Shown: positions 31,649 through 42,149, counted from the stretch's first letter. The stretch: 64,000 nucleotides of DNA from Candidatus Asgardarchaeum abyssi (GCA_040225955.1 JBECUL010000004.1:8297-72296); one strand, 5' to 3'. The notes: generated from the letters alone by a model not told the origin. Numbers and translations: made by a program.

Positions 31649-32044
31649 TTACTTTAGTAATCCCCATAACTCTAGAGCTGAATTTTTTGTAGCGGTCTCC
31701 GCTAACGCTAAATTAACATCCATAGAAAAAACACCAACAACAGCTAAACCATCTCTGTGAATTATTACCAACCACCCACGGTTCCCCTTAATTATGGCCT
31801 CCTCAAAATTACCAATACCCAATTCGGGTGTATGCTTACTTAAAATAGAGCCGAATCCAAAAGCTACACGGAGAAAACGTTCTTTATCAATACCTTCGGG
31901 TATGTTTTCAGCAAGAATCGTTTTATCAACAAGATTAAGAATACAGGCGGCTACGCCACCATGTTTCTTGCTAAGACGCACTGCTATCTCTTTAAGTTTT
32001 TCTTTACTTATTTTAGAAACTTTCTGAAGAGTTTCAGTCGCCAT
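31649..32044 (-). CDS. Roadblock/LC7 (MglB-like) domain protein
   Basis: About 130 aa with the roadblock pattern ELGIGNFEEAIIKGNRGWLVI...DVNLAL. Confidence 0.7.
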   Translation of the reverse strand: MATETLQKVSKISKEKLKEIAVRLSKKHGGVAACILNLVDKTILAENIPEGIDKERFLRVAFGFGSILSKHTPELGIGNFEEAIIKGNRGWLVIIHRDGLAVVGVFSMDVNLALAETATKNSALELWGLLK

Positions 32045-32461
32045 AATAAGCACCACTATCATAATTTTTGTTTCTTTTAGTATTTTAAAATATCTTATTT
32101 CTTATTTGGCTTTGTGAAAGCACGTGTTGATTTATAAGTAATTTGCTTTCAATATATTATCGCGTACCCAGATTGCTCAATTCACTTTATCATCCGTAGT
32201 GATTCAGAAAGATATTGTCCTATTTTTAGTGCCTGTACAAGTACGAGCTGGATGGAGTATGATTTACGAGGCGTGTGTTGTTGAGTGTAAGATTTATTTC
32301 AATTGTTAGCAATAGGGGTCCTCACTTTAGGAAGACAAACCGCGAAATTCCTTATTTATATCTATAATCCCGCTGCTTTATGCAACGCTTTCACATAAAA
32401 TCATCCACTAAGAATCGAAACAGGGAACATCTCAATATATGGACAAAATTTTTCTTAATTA

Positions 32462-32602
32462 CTACGTACTGGGAAATTCAAAAGTAGGACGTAACAGCTT
32501 CACAGTCTTCTTCCTGTACCTTCTGTATACCTCACGACGAATCGTAACACGACCTGTATTCTCAGGCAAGTCGTAATAATAGCCGATCCTATCATACACC
32601 AT
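32462..32602 (-). other. Short 46-codon ORF or gene remnant downstream of pstB
   Basis: Manual translation MVYDRIGYYYDLPENTGRVTIRREVYRRYRKKTVKLLRPTFEFPST*; family not recognised. Confidence 0.25.
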
Positions 32603-32688
32603 GAGAGTCACAACTAAACCGCTGATGAAGAGGCACCTTCATTTTCACCAACATTCTCCAAGCGCGCTTACGGAAAATAAGAAGAGTG

Positions 32689-33444
32689 CTATCCGAATTT
32701 TCCATTAACGTAATTAAAGGTTAATTCTTTTTCTGGGGTTTTGAAGATTTTTTCGGTTGGTCCGTATTCTATTAACTCGCCGTAATAGAAAAATGCAGTA
32801 TAATCCGAAATTCTCCATGCTTGTTGCAGGTTATGAGTAACAATGACGATAGTATATTCCTTCTTTAATTCTTTTATAAGTTCTTCGATTCTAGTTACGG
32901 AAATTGGGTCAAGAGCAGACGCTGGTTCATCCATTAACAGAACCTCTGGGTTTACAGAAAGTGCTCGTGCAATTGCGAGTCGCTGTTGCTGTCCAAGTGA
33001 AAGAGCAAATGCAGAGTCATCCAATCTATCTTTTACCTCATCCCATAAGCCGGCTTTCCTTAAACTTTCTTCTACAATAACATTTAACTCATCTTTGTTA
33101 TTTACTCCATGAATTCTTGGACCATATGCGACATTTTCATATATCGACTTTGGCAGAGGTGTTGGCTTTTGAAAAACCATACCAACTTTTCTTCTCAACT
33201 CTATAACGTCCATTCCTGGATTATAGATGCTCTTTCCATCCAGTTTGACATCCCCTTCAACTCGGGCATTATCTATTAAATCAATAAGCCTATTCAATGT
33301 TTTTAGGAACGTAGTTTTCCCGCACCCAGAGGGCCCTATAATTGAAATTACCTTCCTTTCAGGAATTTGAATGTTTACATCTTTTAATACGTGAAGATTT
33401 CCGTACCAAACATTAAGATTAATTGTCTCTATTTTACTCTTCAT
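32689..33444 (-). CDS. pstB: Phosphate ABC transporter ATP-binding protein
   Basis: [30 protein letters not shown] and VTHN. Confidence 0.96.
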   Translation of the reverse strand: MKSKIETINLNVWYGNLHVLKDVNIQIPERKVISIIGPSGCGKTTFLKTLNRLIDLIDNARVEGDVKLDGKSIYNPGMDVIELRRKVGMVFQKPTPLPKSIYENVAYGPRIHGVNNKDELNVIVEESLRKAGLWDEVKDRLDDSAFALSLGQQQRLAIARALSVNPEVLLMDEPASALDPISVTRIEELIKELKKEYTIVIVTHNLQQAWRISDYTAFFYYGELIEYGPTEKIFKTPEKELTFNYVNGKFG

Positions 33445-33446
33445 CA

Positions 33447-34295
33447 CTATCTCCCCCACTTACGTCTATAATGGGCGCGCAAAACTATTGCTACCAAGTT
33501 AAGTAGAAGCACTAGGCTAAGGAGAATGATGGCAGCTGCATAAGCTTTGTTTTGAGATGTACCAGGAGACGTAACTAAAATCACGAATAGATAATAAGTT
33601 AGAGAGATAATAGGGTCAAATGGTGTTCTTGGCAATCCTCTCATTGTTAATGCGCAAGCTGTAAATAGTATGGCTGCTGTCTCTCCAGCAATTCTTGCCA
33701 TCCCAAGAATAATGCTAGTTGCAATACCTGGAATAGCTGTCGGAAGAATATTGTCCCTTATTGCTTGCCATTTTGTTGCCCCTAAAGCCATGGCTGTTTC
33801 TCTGAATTCTCTAGGTACCATTCTTATTGCTTCTTCTGAACCTCTTACTATGATTGGAAGAGCCATTATGGTTAGTGTAAGCCATCCAGACATTAAGGAA
33901 ACTCCAAATCCAAGTGTTTTCACAAAGAAAGTGTAACCAAAGAGACCCATAACTATTGAGGGTACTCCTGCAAGGTTATTTATGGCTTGATCTATTAATC
34001 TCACAATTTTGCTGTTTTTGGATGCGTATTCAGAAAGATATATGGCAGCACCTAAACCGATTGGTGCTGCTAAGATTGCGGTGCCGCTGAATAATAGAAA
34101 GGTACCTATAATAGTTTCAAATAAGCCTCCTTTCAACATGCTAGTAAAGATGATTTTCCAAGAAATGACGCGAATCCCGCCAATCATCAATATGCCAATC
34201 ATATAAAACAAAATAATCAAAAGCATAAGAAATTGAATACCAAAAAACGATAATATAATATCGTCTTTAATTCTACATCTACCGCTCATATTCAT
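33447..34295 (-). CDS. pstA: Phosphate ABC transporter permease
   Basis: [21 protein letters not shown] and ARIAGETA. Confidence 0.94.
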   Translation of the reverse strand: MNMSGRCRIKDDIILSFFGIQFLMLLIILFYMIGILMIGGIRVISWKIIFTSMLKGGLFETIIGTFLLFSGTAILAAPIGLGAAIYLSEYASKNSKIVRLIDQAINNLAGVPSIVMGLFGYTFFVKTLGFGVSLMSGWLTLTIMALPIIVRGSEEAIRMVPREFRETAMALGATKWQAIRDNILPTAIPGIATSIILGMARIAGETAAILFTACALTMRGLPRTPFDPIISLTYYLFVILVTSPGTSQNKAYAAAIILLSLVLLLNLVAIVLRAHYRRKWGR

Positions 34296-35221
34296 ATTTC
34301 TATACCTCCACTTGTAGCACCTTTTGATTTTTTAAGAATAACATCGGCTACAGTGTTCACGATAAACGTTATAGTGAACAGTATTAAGCCCAAAAAGAAC
34401 AAAGTATGATAAAGTTCCCCGCCCATCGGGGCTTCGCCCATGTACATTGCAATTGCTGCAGTCATGGGAAAAACAGCATCAAAGAAAAATGGGAACTCAG
34501 GCATGCTTCCAGCTGCGCCACAAACCATTAAAACTGCAATAGTCTCTCCAATAGCTCTACCAAAGGCAAGAATAATTGCAGCAAAAATACCAGGTTTAGC
34601 TGTAGGTAAGATAACATTCTTAATCGTTTGCCATTTTGACGCACCCAGAGCAAAGGATACTTCTCTGTATTCTTTAGGAACAGACGAAATTATTTCGCTA
34701 GATAAACTCATAATTGTTGGAAGAATCATTATTGCAAGTATAATGGAAGCAGAAAAAGCATTTTTCCCAGAACTTAAACCGAAAATTTTAGCTACTATCG
34801 GAGTAAGTGCGACTAAGCCCACAAAACCGTAGATCACCGAGGGAATGGCGGCAAACATTTCAATTGCAGACTTAAATGTATCTTTTAAAGGTCCGGGTGC
34901 TTCTTCCGCTATATAAATTGCAGTACATAATCCCACTGGAACCGATATAACCAGTGCTCCCATCACAACAATGATAGACCCCATGATAAGTGGAAGAATA
35001 CTGTATTTTTCATAAGCTGGAGCCCAAACTTGACTAGACAGTATTTTTGCCCTTAAATTCTCGTTGAGAACAGCAGGAATACTTTCCATAAAAATAAATA
35101 ATGTAATTAACGTAATGAAAATAATTGTAGTACTTGCAGCTATAAAAAGTAATATTTTAACATTCCTCTCTGCCTTAACCATTTTTCTGTGGTTAAGTTC
35201 AAGTTCCTTCTTCACCCTCAT
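34292..35221 (-). CDS. pstC: Phosphate ABC transporter permease
   Basis: AAIPSVIYGF, ALGASKWQ and GRAIGETIAV. Confidence 0.94.
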   Translation of the reverse strand: MRVKKELELNHRKMVKAERNVKILLFIAASTTIIFITLITLFIFMESIPAVLNENLRAKILSSQVWAPAYEKYSILPLIMGSIIVVMGALVISVPVGLCTAIYIAEEAPGPLKDTFKSAIEMFAAIPSVIYGFVGLVALTPIVAKIFGLSSGKNAFSASIILAIMILPTIMSLSSEIISSVPKEYREVSFALGASKWQTIKNVILPTAKPGIFAAIILAFGRAIGETIAVLMVCGAAGSMPEFPFFFDAVFPMTAAIAMYMGEAPMGGELYHTLFFLGLILFTITFIVNTVADVILKKSKGATSGGIEI

Positions 35222-35271
35222 CGTATAACATCTCCTAGCTAAAAAATGTAGAATAAATAGAACATTGTTAC

Positions 35272-36201
35272 TTAAGTTGAGGGCGGATATTTTGGAAGAG
35301 CCAGAAATCCTTGATCTTCAACAATTTTTTGTCCTTCTGGGCTTCTAATAAAGTCTATGAATCTATCTACCAAGGATCCACTTTCCGGCCAGCCATTGGT
35401 CACCAAATATAAGTACCTAGAGATCGGATACTTACCTGCATATATGTTTTCAGGCGTAGGCTCATAGTAAGTTCCGTTTTCACTCACAGCCAAGTTAACG
35501 GTCACCACGTCTTCGGTTACAAATCCTAAACCTACATACCCTATTGAATACGGAGTATTTCTAACACTTTCCCTCATAGCCGGGTTACTTGGGACCTCTT
35601 GAGCATCTGGAGTAATTGTCAACCCAAACGGTTCCATAACAAACTCCTCAAATGTTCCTCGTGTACCAGAACCAGCTTCTCTGGTGAATACAATTATTTC
35701 TTTGTCTGGTAGACTAGGGTCAACCTCGCTCCATTTTGTATAAGTACCATTGAATATCTTAGCAACTTGTTCTAAGGTTAGATTTAGCGGAACTGTGGAA
35801 ACAGTTGGATTAATTATAATTACTACGGCGTCCATAGCAATTTCGTGTAAAATTAAACTTACATTCTTGTCTTTTGCATCTGCAATTTCTTTTGGTTTAG
35901 GTTTTCTTGAAGCCATTGCAATGTCACAAGCACCGTCTATTAGTGATGCATAGCCATGACCACTGCCGCCTCCTTCCACCCTTATATCCACGCCGGGATA
36001 TTTTTGCATGAAAGTTATTGCAGCAGCATTAGCAATAGGTAATACTGTAGTGGAACCTATAATACGTATGCTCTCAGTTCTCCATGCACTGTCTTCGGGT
36101 GCTTCTATAGTTGCTGGGTGTGTTGTAGTAATCCATGTTCCAATTCCCATTCCTATTAACAGGCCGATTACGAATATTCCCAAAAATTTTATGTTCATCA
36201 C
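35272..36201 (-). CDS. pstS: Phosphate ABC transporter substrate-binding protein
   Basis: N-terminal anchor, GSTTVLP, GGGSGHG, REAGSGTRGTF and YPISRYL. Confidence 0.95.
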   Translation of the reverse strand: MMNIKFLGIFVIGLLIGMGIGTWITTTHPATIEAPEDSAWRTESIRIIGSTTVLPIANAAAITFMQKYPGVDIRVEGGGSGHGYASLIDGACDIAMASRKPKPKEIADAKDKNVSLILHEIAMDAVVIIINPTVSTVPLNLTLEQVAKIFNGTYTKWSEVDPSLPDKEIIVFTREAGSGTRGTFEEFVMEPFGLTITPDAQEVPSNPAMRESVRNTPYSIGYVGLGFVTEDVVTVNLAVSENGTYYEPTPENIYAGKYPISRYLYLVTNGWPESGSLVDRFIDFIRSPEGQKIVEDQGFLALPKYPPST

Positions 36202-36275
36202 ATTTTCACCAATTGAAAAGAGGGAAAAGCTTAATATATATTTTATCGAAATAATAAATATATATGTAATTAGAT

Positions 36276-36291
36276 TATATAGATCTATATA
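36276..36291. promoter_or_regulatory. Perfect 16-bp palindrome in the pstS/phoU divergent promoter, candidate operator
   Basis: TATATAGATCTATATA immediately upstream of the phoU SD (GGAGGT). Confidence 0.45.
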
Positions 36292-36305
36292 GCGGAGGTT
36301 TAAAA

Positions 36306-37331
36306 ATGTGGAGTGAAACTAGACGTGTACAAGTTACAGGAGGCGCGTCATTAATTGTTTCATTACCTAAAAACTGGGCTAGAAATATTGGACTCTGTCG
36401 AGGAGATCTTGTAGTTTTAACCCCTCAACCCGACGGCTCTATTCTCATAACCCCGAAAAAACTAATTAAAGAAGAGGAAAAAGAAAAAGAAGCTATAATA
36501 AAGGTTGATCAAACCTTAGACGTGGAAGCTGTTGTTAGAGAGATAATAGCACATTATCTCGTTGGATATAACGTAATAAGAGTAATTTTCGGTAGAGGAA
36601 CAGAAGAACATCGTAAGTTTGTTAAATCTGTTATTAGACGGAAGATTATTGGTATGGAGATTATGGAGGAAAGTGCAGACAAAATCGTTTTTAGATCTTT
36701 TATTAGTTACGCGGATTTTCCACTTAGAGAGGCTTTAGTTAGAATGGGTGTAGTTACTTCACTTATGATAAAGGATGTTTTAAAGGCTTTAGAAGAGTTT
36801 AACCAATCTTTAGCACAGGAAATTACTCAACGAGACGACAATGTGGACAGACTTTACCTGTTCATCGTTAGACAATTGAAGTTTGCTGTCCGTAACATAA
36901 CATTAGTAAATAAAATGGGGTTAAGAAATCCAAGGGATTGTTTAGGTTATAGACTGGTTGTTAAAAGTGTAGAACGTGTTGCTGATCACGCTACAAGAAT
37001 AGCCCAGTTGATTTCTGGCTTTGAAAGGCCACTGGGTAGAGCTATTTTGGAAGATATCATTGAAATGGGTAAGAAATCTGTGGATATTTTCGAAAAGGCT
37101 CTTAAATCATTTTTCAAACTAGATGTAAAGCTTGCTCATGAATTAATCGGAGAAATAATGCTTATAAGCCGATACGAACAGGATATCACTGAAAAAATAC
37201 TTAGTAATGAAAAATTAAACATAAAAGAAATAACAAGTATAAAGCTAATTCTGGAGAGTTTGCATAGAATAGCTGACTATGGAGCAGATATAGCAGAAAT
37301 CGCGATAAATCTAGCAGTGGAAGAACCATAA
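36306..37331 (+). CDS. phoU: Archaeal phosphate uptake regulator (AbrB-type DNA-binding domain plus PhoU repeats)
   Basis: RRVQVTGGASLIVSLPKNW, DDNVDRLY, ERVADHA and RIADY. Confidence 0.93.
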   Translation: MWSETRRVQVTGGASLIVSLPKNWARNIGLCRGDLVVLTPQPDGSILITPKKLIKEEEKEKEAIIKVDQTLDVEAVVREIIAHYLVGYNVIRVIFGRGTEEHRKFVKSVIRRKIIGMEIMEESADKIVFRSFISYADFPLREALVRMGVVTSLMIKDVLKALEEFNQSLAQEITQRDDNVDRLYLFIVRQLKFAVRNITLVNKMGLRNPRDCLGYRLVVKSVERVADHATRIAQLISGFERPLGRAILEDIIEMGKKSVDIFEKALKSFFKLDVKLAHELIGEIMLISRYEQDITEKILSNEKLNIKEITSIKLILESLHRIADYGADIAEIAINLAVEEP

Positions 37332-37465
37332 TTACTGATAATTTCAGCAGTGGACTTAATATTTTCTTCTTGATCATTATATCTTGGGATTATAGGGATT
37401 CTTATAATTATTGGAACGGTTCCTTGAGATAATTTTTTGAGATTTTCCCATTTTATGTGACCACA
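37330..37465 (-). pseudogene. Fragment resembling the C-terminal part of a glycyl-radical enzyme activase
   Basis: ENLKKLSQGTVPIIIRIPIIPRYNDQEENIKSTAEII resembles the IRIPxIPGxND motif; no CxxxCxxC region is present. Confidence 0.55.
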
Positions 37466-37679
37466 TATTTCAATCGCTCTGTAATTTGCTACAGAAAACA
37501 CAAAAACAGCTCAAAAAACATAGAAACAAAACACGATCTTTTGGCTACAACCTTAAAACAAAAAACAAACACTTTTAACGAAAAATAGCTCTTTCTATCT
37601 AGCAGAAATTTTTTCACTCGCAACATTTCTGGATCTTGGCTCTAGTAGCATTCTATAAACATAATCGTTCTCTTTCTTT

Positions 37680-38021
37680 TCATTTTTCTCCTTCATTTTC
37701 CTCTTCTTCCTCTTCAATCTCTCTCGCAATTTCTTCAACTTTCTCCCTTAAAACTTCGTTGTAGAATATAATAACAGGAGCAATAAGAGTTAATATAAAA
37801 AACACGAAGAATAGAAAAAGAGAAACACCCATTCGCTTAAGCCATCTGTCAAAATTAAGAAAAAGCTGACTCGCAGTATAAAAGGGCTCTAGATGTATTC
37901 CAAAAGCATTAAGATATATACCAATTATAACCATTATGAAATAGATTATTCCGATAATTAAACAAATATTAATCGCATAACCAATCACCACAGCTTGTCT
38001 CTCAGAGATTTTAAATTTCAT
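37680..38021 (-). CDS. Small membrane protein with acidic tail
   Basis: Two TM segments, GGTG SD and a poly-Glu C-terminus. Confidence 0.7.
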   Translation of the reverse strand: MKFKISERQAVVIGYAINICLIIGIIYFIMVIIGIYLNAFGIHLEPFYTASQLFLNFDRWLKRMGVSLFLFFVFFILTLIAPVIIFYNEVLREKVEEIAREIEEEEEENEGEK

Positions 38022-38203
38022 CCAAAAACACCATATATAGTGGTTATCAGCAATTAATTATTATAATGCTTATATTTTGGCTTATAAAGATCTTTTTTAT
38101 AATTTGCTCTAAATGACATTAGAATATTTAATTAAGATTTAAGAACAGCAAAACTATTATAGACCAGCCTCAAAAAATAAGAAAACAAAAAATGAAAAGG
38201 TTA

Positions 38204-39289
38204 TTATTCTTTGTGACCCATAATGGCAGCCATAATAGCCTTTTGAGCATGTAAACGATTTTCTGCCTCTAAGAAGACTATTGATTGAGGACCATCTATT
38301 ACTTCGTCGGTAACCTCTTGACCTCTGTCCGCTGGTAAGCAATGCATGTAGACAGCACCTTTATTGGCTTTATCCATTCTTTCTTGAGTCATTATCCAGC
38401 TTCTATTCTTCTCAAAGAGTTCTTTTGCTTTTTCAAAGTCTGGCTCTGGTACAAAGGGTCTCATGAACTTCTTAACACCCCAGCTTTTTGCATAGATAAC
38501 ATCAGCGCCTTCGATTGCTTCGTCCATATCATAAACTATTTCAAATGACCCACCGTATTGATCTACATTCTTCTTCGTCCACTCAATGATTTTATCGTCT
38601 AATTCAAAACCCTTCGGGTGAGCCAATACAACATCCATACCGAACTTAGAGGCTATCAAAATGGAACTCTGTGGAACCGCAAGAGGCTTTTCAGGGCTGC
38701 CTGAGTATGCCCAGCTCATAACAAATTTCTTACCTTCTAATTTTCCATTGAACTTTTCCCATAATGCTTGAATATCAGCCATAGCTTGACATGGGTGAAA
38801 TACATCATCTTCCATGTTTATTACTGGTATCTTTTTACCATCTGATCGTCTAGCCCACTTAGCAAACTCTTCAAGAACCTTATGGCCACGGCCATATTCC
38901 CACTTTGCATGTTTTCCATAAATACGGATTGCAATGGCATCTCCGTACGATGCTAAAACTCTAGACACATCTGCAATTCTTTCAGTCGTATAGGCCACAT
39001 CATCTCCTGGCAAAACTGGTGTGTATACATCTTGTGGGCTTAAGAAGTGAGCATGTCCACCTAATTGGAAGATACCAGCTTCAAAGCTATTTCTAGTTCT
39101 TAGAGATCTGTTATAGAAGATCATGAAAAGTGTTTTTCCCTTTAGATATTCATGAGGCTCATTATTATATTTCTTTTTCTTGAGGTCTAAGGCTGCATCA
39201 ATTAGTGCCTTCAGTTCCTCTTGCGTCCAATCTTGAACTGTCATCCAGTCTTTTCCTTCAAACATACCAACATATTTTGGTAGGGACAT
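38204..39289 (-). CDS. Carbamoyltransferase, knotted N-acyl-ornithine/YgeW-like subgroup
   Basis: SLRTR, HPCQ and HCLP motifs plus the SWAYSGSPEKPLAVPQS loop. Confidence 0.85.
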   Translation of the reverse strand: MSLPKYVGMFEGKDWMTVQDWTQEELKALIDAALDLKKKKYNNEPHEYLKGKTLFMIFYNRSLRTRNSFEAGIFQLGGHAHFLSPQDVYTPVLPGDDVAYTTERIADVSRVLASYGDAIAIRIYGKHAKWEYGRGHKVLEEFAKWARRSDGKKIPVINMEDDVFHPCQAMADIQALWEKFNGKLEGKKFVMSWAYSGSPEKPLAVPQSSILIASKFGMDVVLAHPKGFELDDKIIEWTKKNVDQYGGSFEIVYDMDEAIEGADVIYAKSWGVKKFMRPFVPEPDFEKAKELFEKNRSWIMTQERMDKANKGAVYMHCLPADRGQEVTDEVIDGPQSIVFLEAENRLHAQKAIMAAIMGHKE

Positions 39290-39478
39290 AATATCACACC
39301 ACGTATCGTTAATCGAATTTAGAATAAAGTATGCACAATATAAACTTAACTAATGAAAAATTGCAATAATTACTTAATAGGACACCGATAAAGCGCGTTT
39401 TTAAAAATAATTTATTAGTAAGAAAAAATTAATGTTTCAATAGCACCAGTACAATACCTATTTGTTGAGGAATGTATA

Positions 39479-40366
39479 ATGAAGAATTATGAGAAATTCA
39501 TCGAACGCCCAATTGATATAAGGAAACTTAGCCAAAATGATTTGATTGAGATTCTTAATGAAGTAAAAGGTATAATAGAAAAGGAGAATTTACTATTGAA
39601 ATTTAATGCTGATAAAATATGCTTTATAGGTGACATCCACGGAGATTTGATGGCAGGAGCACGAATTGCGAGGTATATTTGGAAGAATGAGGAAATTGAT
39701 AAGTTTGTGTTTCTCGGAGACTATGTTGATAGAGGAAATTACCAATTAGAGACATTAAACTTGGCCCTATTGCTTAAAATACTCGACCCGGATAGAATAG
39801 TTCTTCTTAGAGGTAATCATGAAACTACATTGGCAAATAGATTCTACGGATTTAAGGTAGACTTAATGAACAGAGACTTAATAGACATGTACGAGACTTA
39901 TAACAAATTCTTTGCACTTCTTCCAGTTTCAGCTATAATAAATTCCAAAATCTTCGCTGTTCACGGAGGCTTACCAACGATCCTAGTAGCTAAGGAGATA
40001 GATACTATAAATGAGCTACCAAGAGACGATGTTGAGGGAACTAATCCTACATTGATGGAACTTTTATGGAACGATCCTAATGAACTAATAGATACATTTG
40101 CTCCCAGTATGAGAGGAGCGGGAATCTTCTACTTTGGGAAAGTAGCATTTGAAAAATTCATGAAGAAAAATGGGTTTGAGCTATTTGTTAGAGCCCATGA
40201 ATTCTTTAAAGAAGGATACAAATTCTTCTTTAATAATAAACTTTTAAGCCTCTTCTCAAGTGCTAATTATGTTGGTCGAAAAGTTGATGCAAAAATAGCT
40301 ATTATCGACTCGGATCTGAATGTAGACCTTTTGCCGGTTATGGAACTAAAAATAGAGAAAGAATGA
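39479..40366 (+). CDS. Serine/threonine protein phosphatase, PPP family (eukaryote-like)
   Basis: GDIHG, GDYVDRG, LRGNHE, VHGG, LLWNDP, RGAG, RAHE and FSSANY. Confidence 0.92.
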   Translation: MKNYEKFIERPIDIRKLSQNDLIEILNEVKGIIEKENLLLKFNADKICFIGDIHGDLMAGARIARYIWKNEEIDKFVFLGDYVDRGNYQLETLNLALLLKILDPDRIVLLRGNHETTLANRFYGFKVDLMNRDLIDMYETYNKFFALLPVSAIINSKIFAVHGGLPTILVAKEIDTINELPRDDVEGTNPTLMELLWNDPNELIDTFAPSMRGAGIFYFGKVAFEKFMKKNGFELFVRAHEFFKEGYKFFFNNKLLSLFSSANYVGRKVDAKIAIIDSDLNVDLLPVMELKIEKE

Positions 40367-40378
40367 AATATATGTAGA

Positions 40379-40612
40379 TTACTTTTCGAAGACCTTGTTA
40401 AATATTATACCAATTACTATGAGGCAAATCATTGCTGTAATATAATATATATTTTCCTCAGGAAGCATATTAGCGGCTTTCTCGAGATACTCAGCCACTT
40501 TTGAAACATAGGGATCTACATATTTTGACAGCCATTCTAATATCATTTTTGCATAAGGGCTAAACCACATGAAAAACCTATCTAAGTATTCTAAAACTTG
40601 GCTATATTGCAT
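40379..40612 (-). CDS. Small protein with C-terminal TM helix
   Basis: Abuts the upstream gene stop; C-terminal hydrophobic segment. Confidence 0.6.
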   Translation of the reverse strand: MQYSQVLEYLDRFFMWFSPYAKMILEWLSKYVDPYVSKVAEYLEKAANMLPEENIYYITAMICLIVIGIIFNKVFEK

Positions 40613-41044
40613 TTACGTTCCCTCCTTACCTATGCTCTCTAATATTTTCATAAACTTCCCAAAAAGTGCTACAAGCATAGCAAGCAGATATAAGTTGAAG
40701 AAACCACGAAAATCCATGAAAAATGTAATGCCACCCACTGTGAGCTCAAGAGATGTTGCAAGAATTTTGATAACGAAAAATAAACCAACAATGCTCATTA
40801 AAAAGTCTGCTAGATGGTATCTCCACGAACCTCTAGTTGACACTTCCCTTATAAAGATTATTCCGGCCATTATCAAACCAAAATTAAGGAACCATGATGT
40901 GAAAACTTGGGCATTCCCTATCTCAGCCCCTCCTAGAGTTTCAGGAGCTATGAAATTAAATATTAAGTAAGGCACTCCGAAATAAGAGACTAACATGAAA
41001 ATTGAAGCTTTAATTCCATTACCAATTGTAGGCTTGCTGCTCAT
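40613..41044 (-). CDS. Hypothetical membrane protein (about 4 TM)
   Basis: GGAGGTG SD and 4-bp overlap with the upstream gene. Confidence 0.7.
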   Translation of the reverse strand: MSSKPTIGNGIKASIFMLVSYFGVPYLIFNFIAPETLGGAEIGNAQVFTSWFLNFGLIMAGIIFIREVSTRGSWRYHLADFLMSIVGLFFVIKILATSLELTVGGITFFMDFRGFFNLYLLAMLVALFGKFMKILESIGKEGT

Positions 41045-41808
41045 GGCACCTCCACCTCTAAAATTGTGTAAGTATAATTAAAGAAGGATGTTGCATTAAA
41101 TGCAAAAATTAAGTTGTAAGTCTTACCTCTATCTACCTCTATCCATAAAGTGTCGGTAAATTTAGTACTATGCTGAACTAACAAGTTTGAGTGCGTTACC
41201 TCGTTAATAAAGACATCCCCTTCATAGACATTCATTGTTATTGTTAAAAAGTAATCATAATTATCTGGCGAATTAAAGGTGCATGTTGCTGTCAAATTTG
41301 CAGTAGTTGCCGATATGCTGGCCGTCTTAACATTTATTGTCAAATTGTCTAGTGGAGCATCCCATGGAATATCATTCGGAAACCTGAAACCTAAACGCAT
41401 TAGATGGTATGCATAGCTTCCAGATACTGAGACCAGTAGAATATAGGTTTCATCTTTCACTAAATTAAAAATCATTGGGAGTGAGAAGTTTATTGTGATG
41501 TGTTTAATCCCAACTGGGATATCACCTATTGTGTGATTGATGTCAAATAACTCATTATTTTGAGGATCTAATATAACGAATCGTGCCATAACATCATTAA
41601 ATTCGTAATACCCATTGTTTTCAATAGTAAAATTAGCAATTACATGCACTTGGCCACTTTCAAAGTACATGGACAGACCATTAAAGGTTACGTTTAACCT
41701 CATGGCGGAGATCACAGTAGAAACTATAAGAAGTATTAGGAAAAGGTTTATGAAAAAAGACGCTATTCCAGCTAGTTTACTAATTTTTAACACTCTAAAG
41801 ATATTCAT
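41041..41808 (-). CDS. Membrane-anchored beta-rich protein (LEA_2/Ig-like)
   Basis: N-terminal TM, beta-strand pattern (NFTIENNGYY) and several N-x-S/T sequons. Confidence 0.65.
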   Translation of the reverse strand: MNIFRVLKISKLAGIASFFINLFLILLIVSTVISAMRLNVTFNGLSMYFESGQVHVIANFTIENNGYYEFNDVMARFVILDPQNNELFDINHTIGDIPVGIKHITINFSLPMIFNLVKDETYILLVSVSGSYAYHLMRLGFRFPNDIPWDAPLDNLTINVKTASISATTANLTATCTFNSPDNYDYFLTITMNVYEGDVFINEVTHSNLLVQHSTKFTDTLWIEVDRGKTYNLIFAFNATSFFNYTYTILEVEVP

Positions 41809-42149
41809 TTTATCATCACCAAGTAGAAATTTCTAATTAAAAACATGTATATATAATAGAAAAAATCTATAAACTTAGTGTTTAAGCAGTGTTAACTTAT
41901 TGTTGGTGAAATGAAAAATAAAAAGATTATTGAGTTTATGCCTCTGCCTCATTAGAAACAAACCTTGTCAACTTAGTTTGACAATACGTTGCTTCTCTTA
42001 TCAAATCTTCCTAACCATTTTCTATTTTCAAATTAATTCCACAGACTTCAACTGATGTTTTACCTTTTAAGCTTAATGAGATCTTAAAAGTAGTAAACAA
42101 CCTAGTTATCTAACTATATCTTAGCTGTTTTTACTTTTCAACTCTTTTA

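Noticed and set aside
37277-37501. 74-aa ORF as a real gene
   Set aside because: It overlaps the phoU 3' end in antisense, and only its middle resembles an activase fragment; treated as a remnant.
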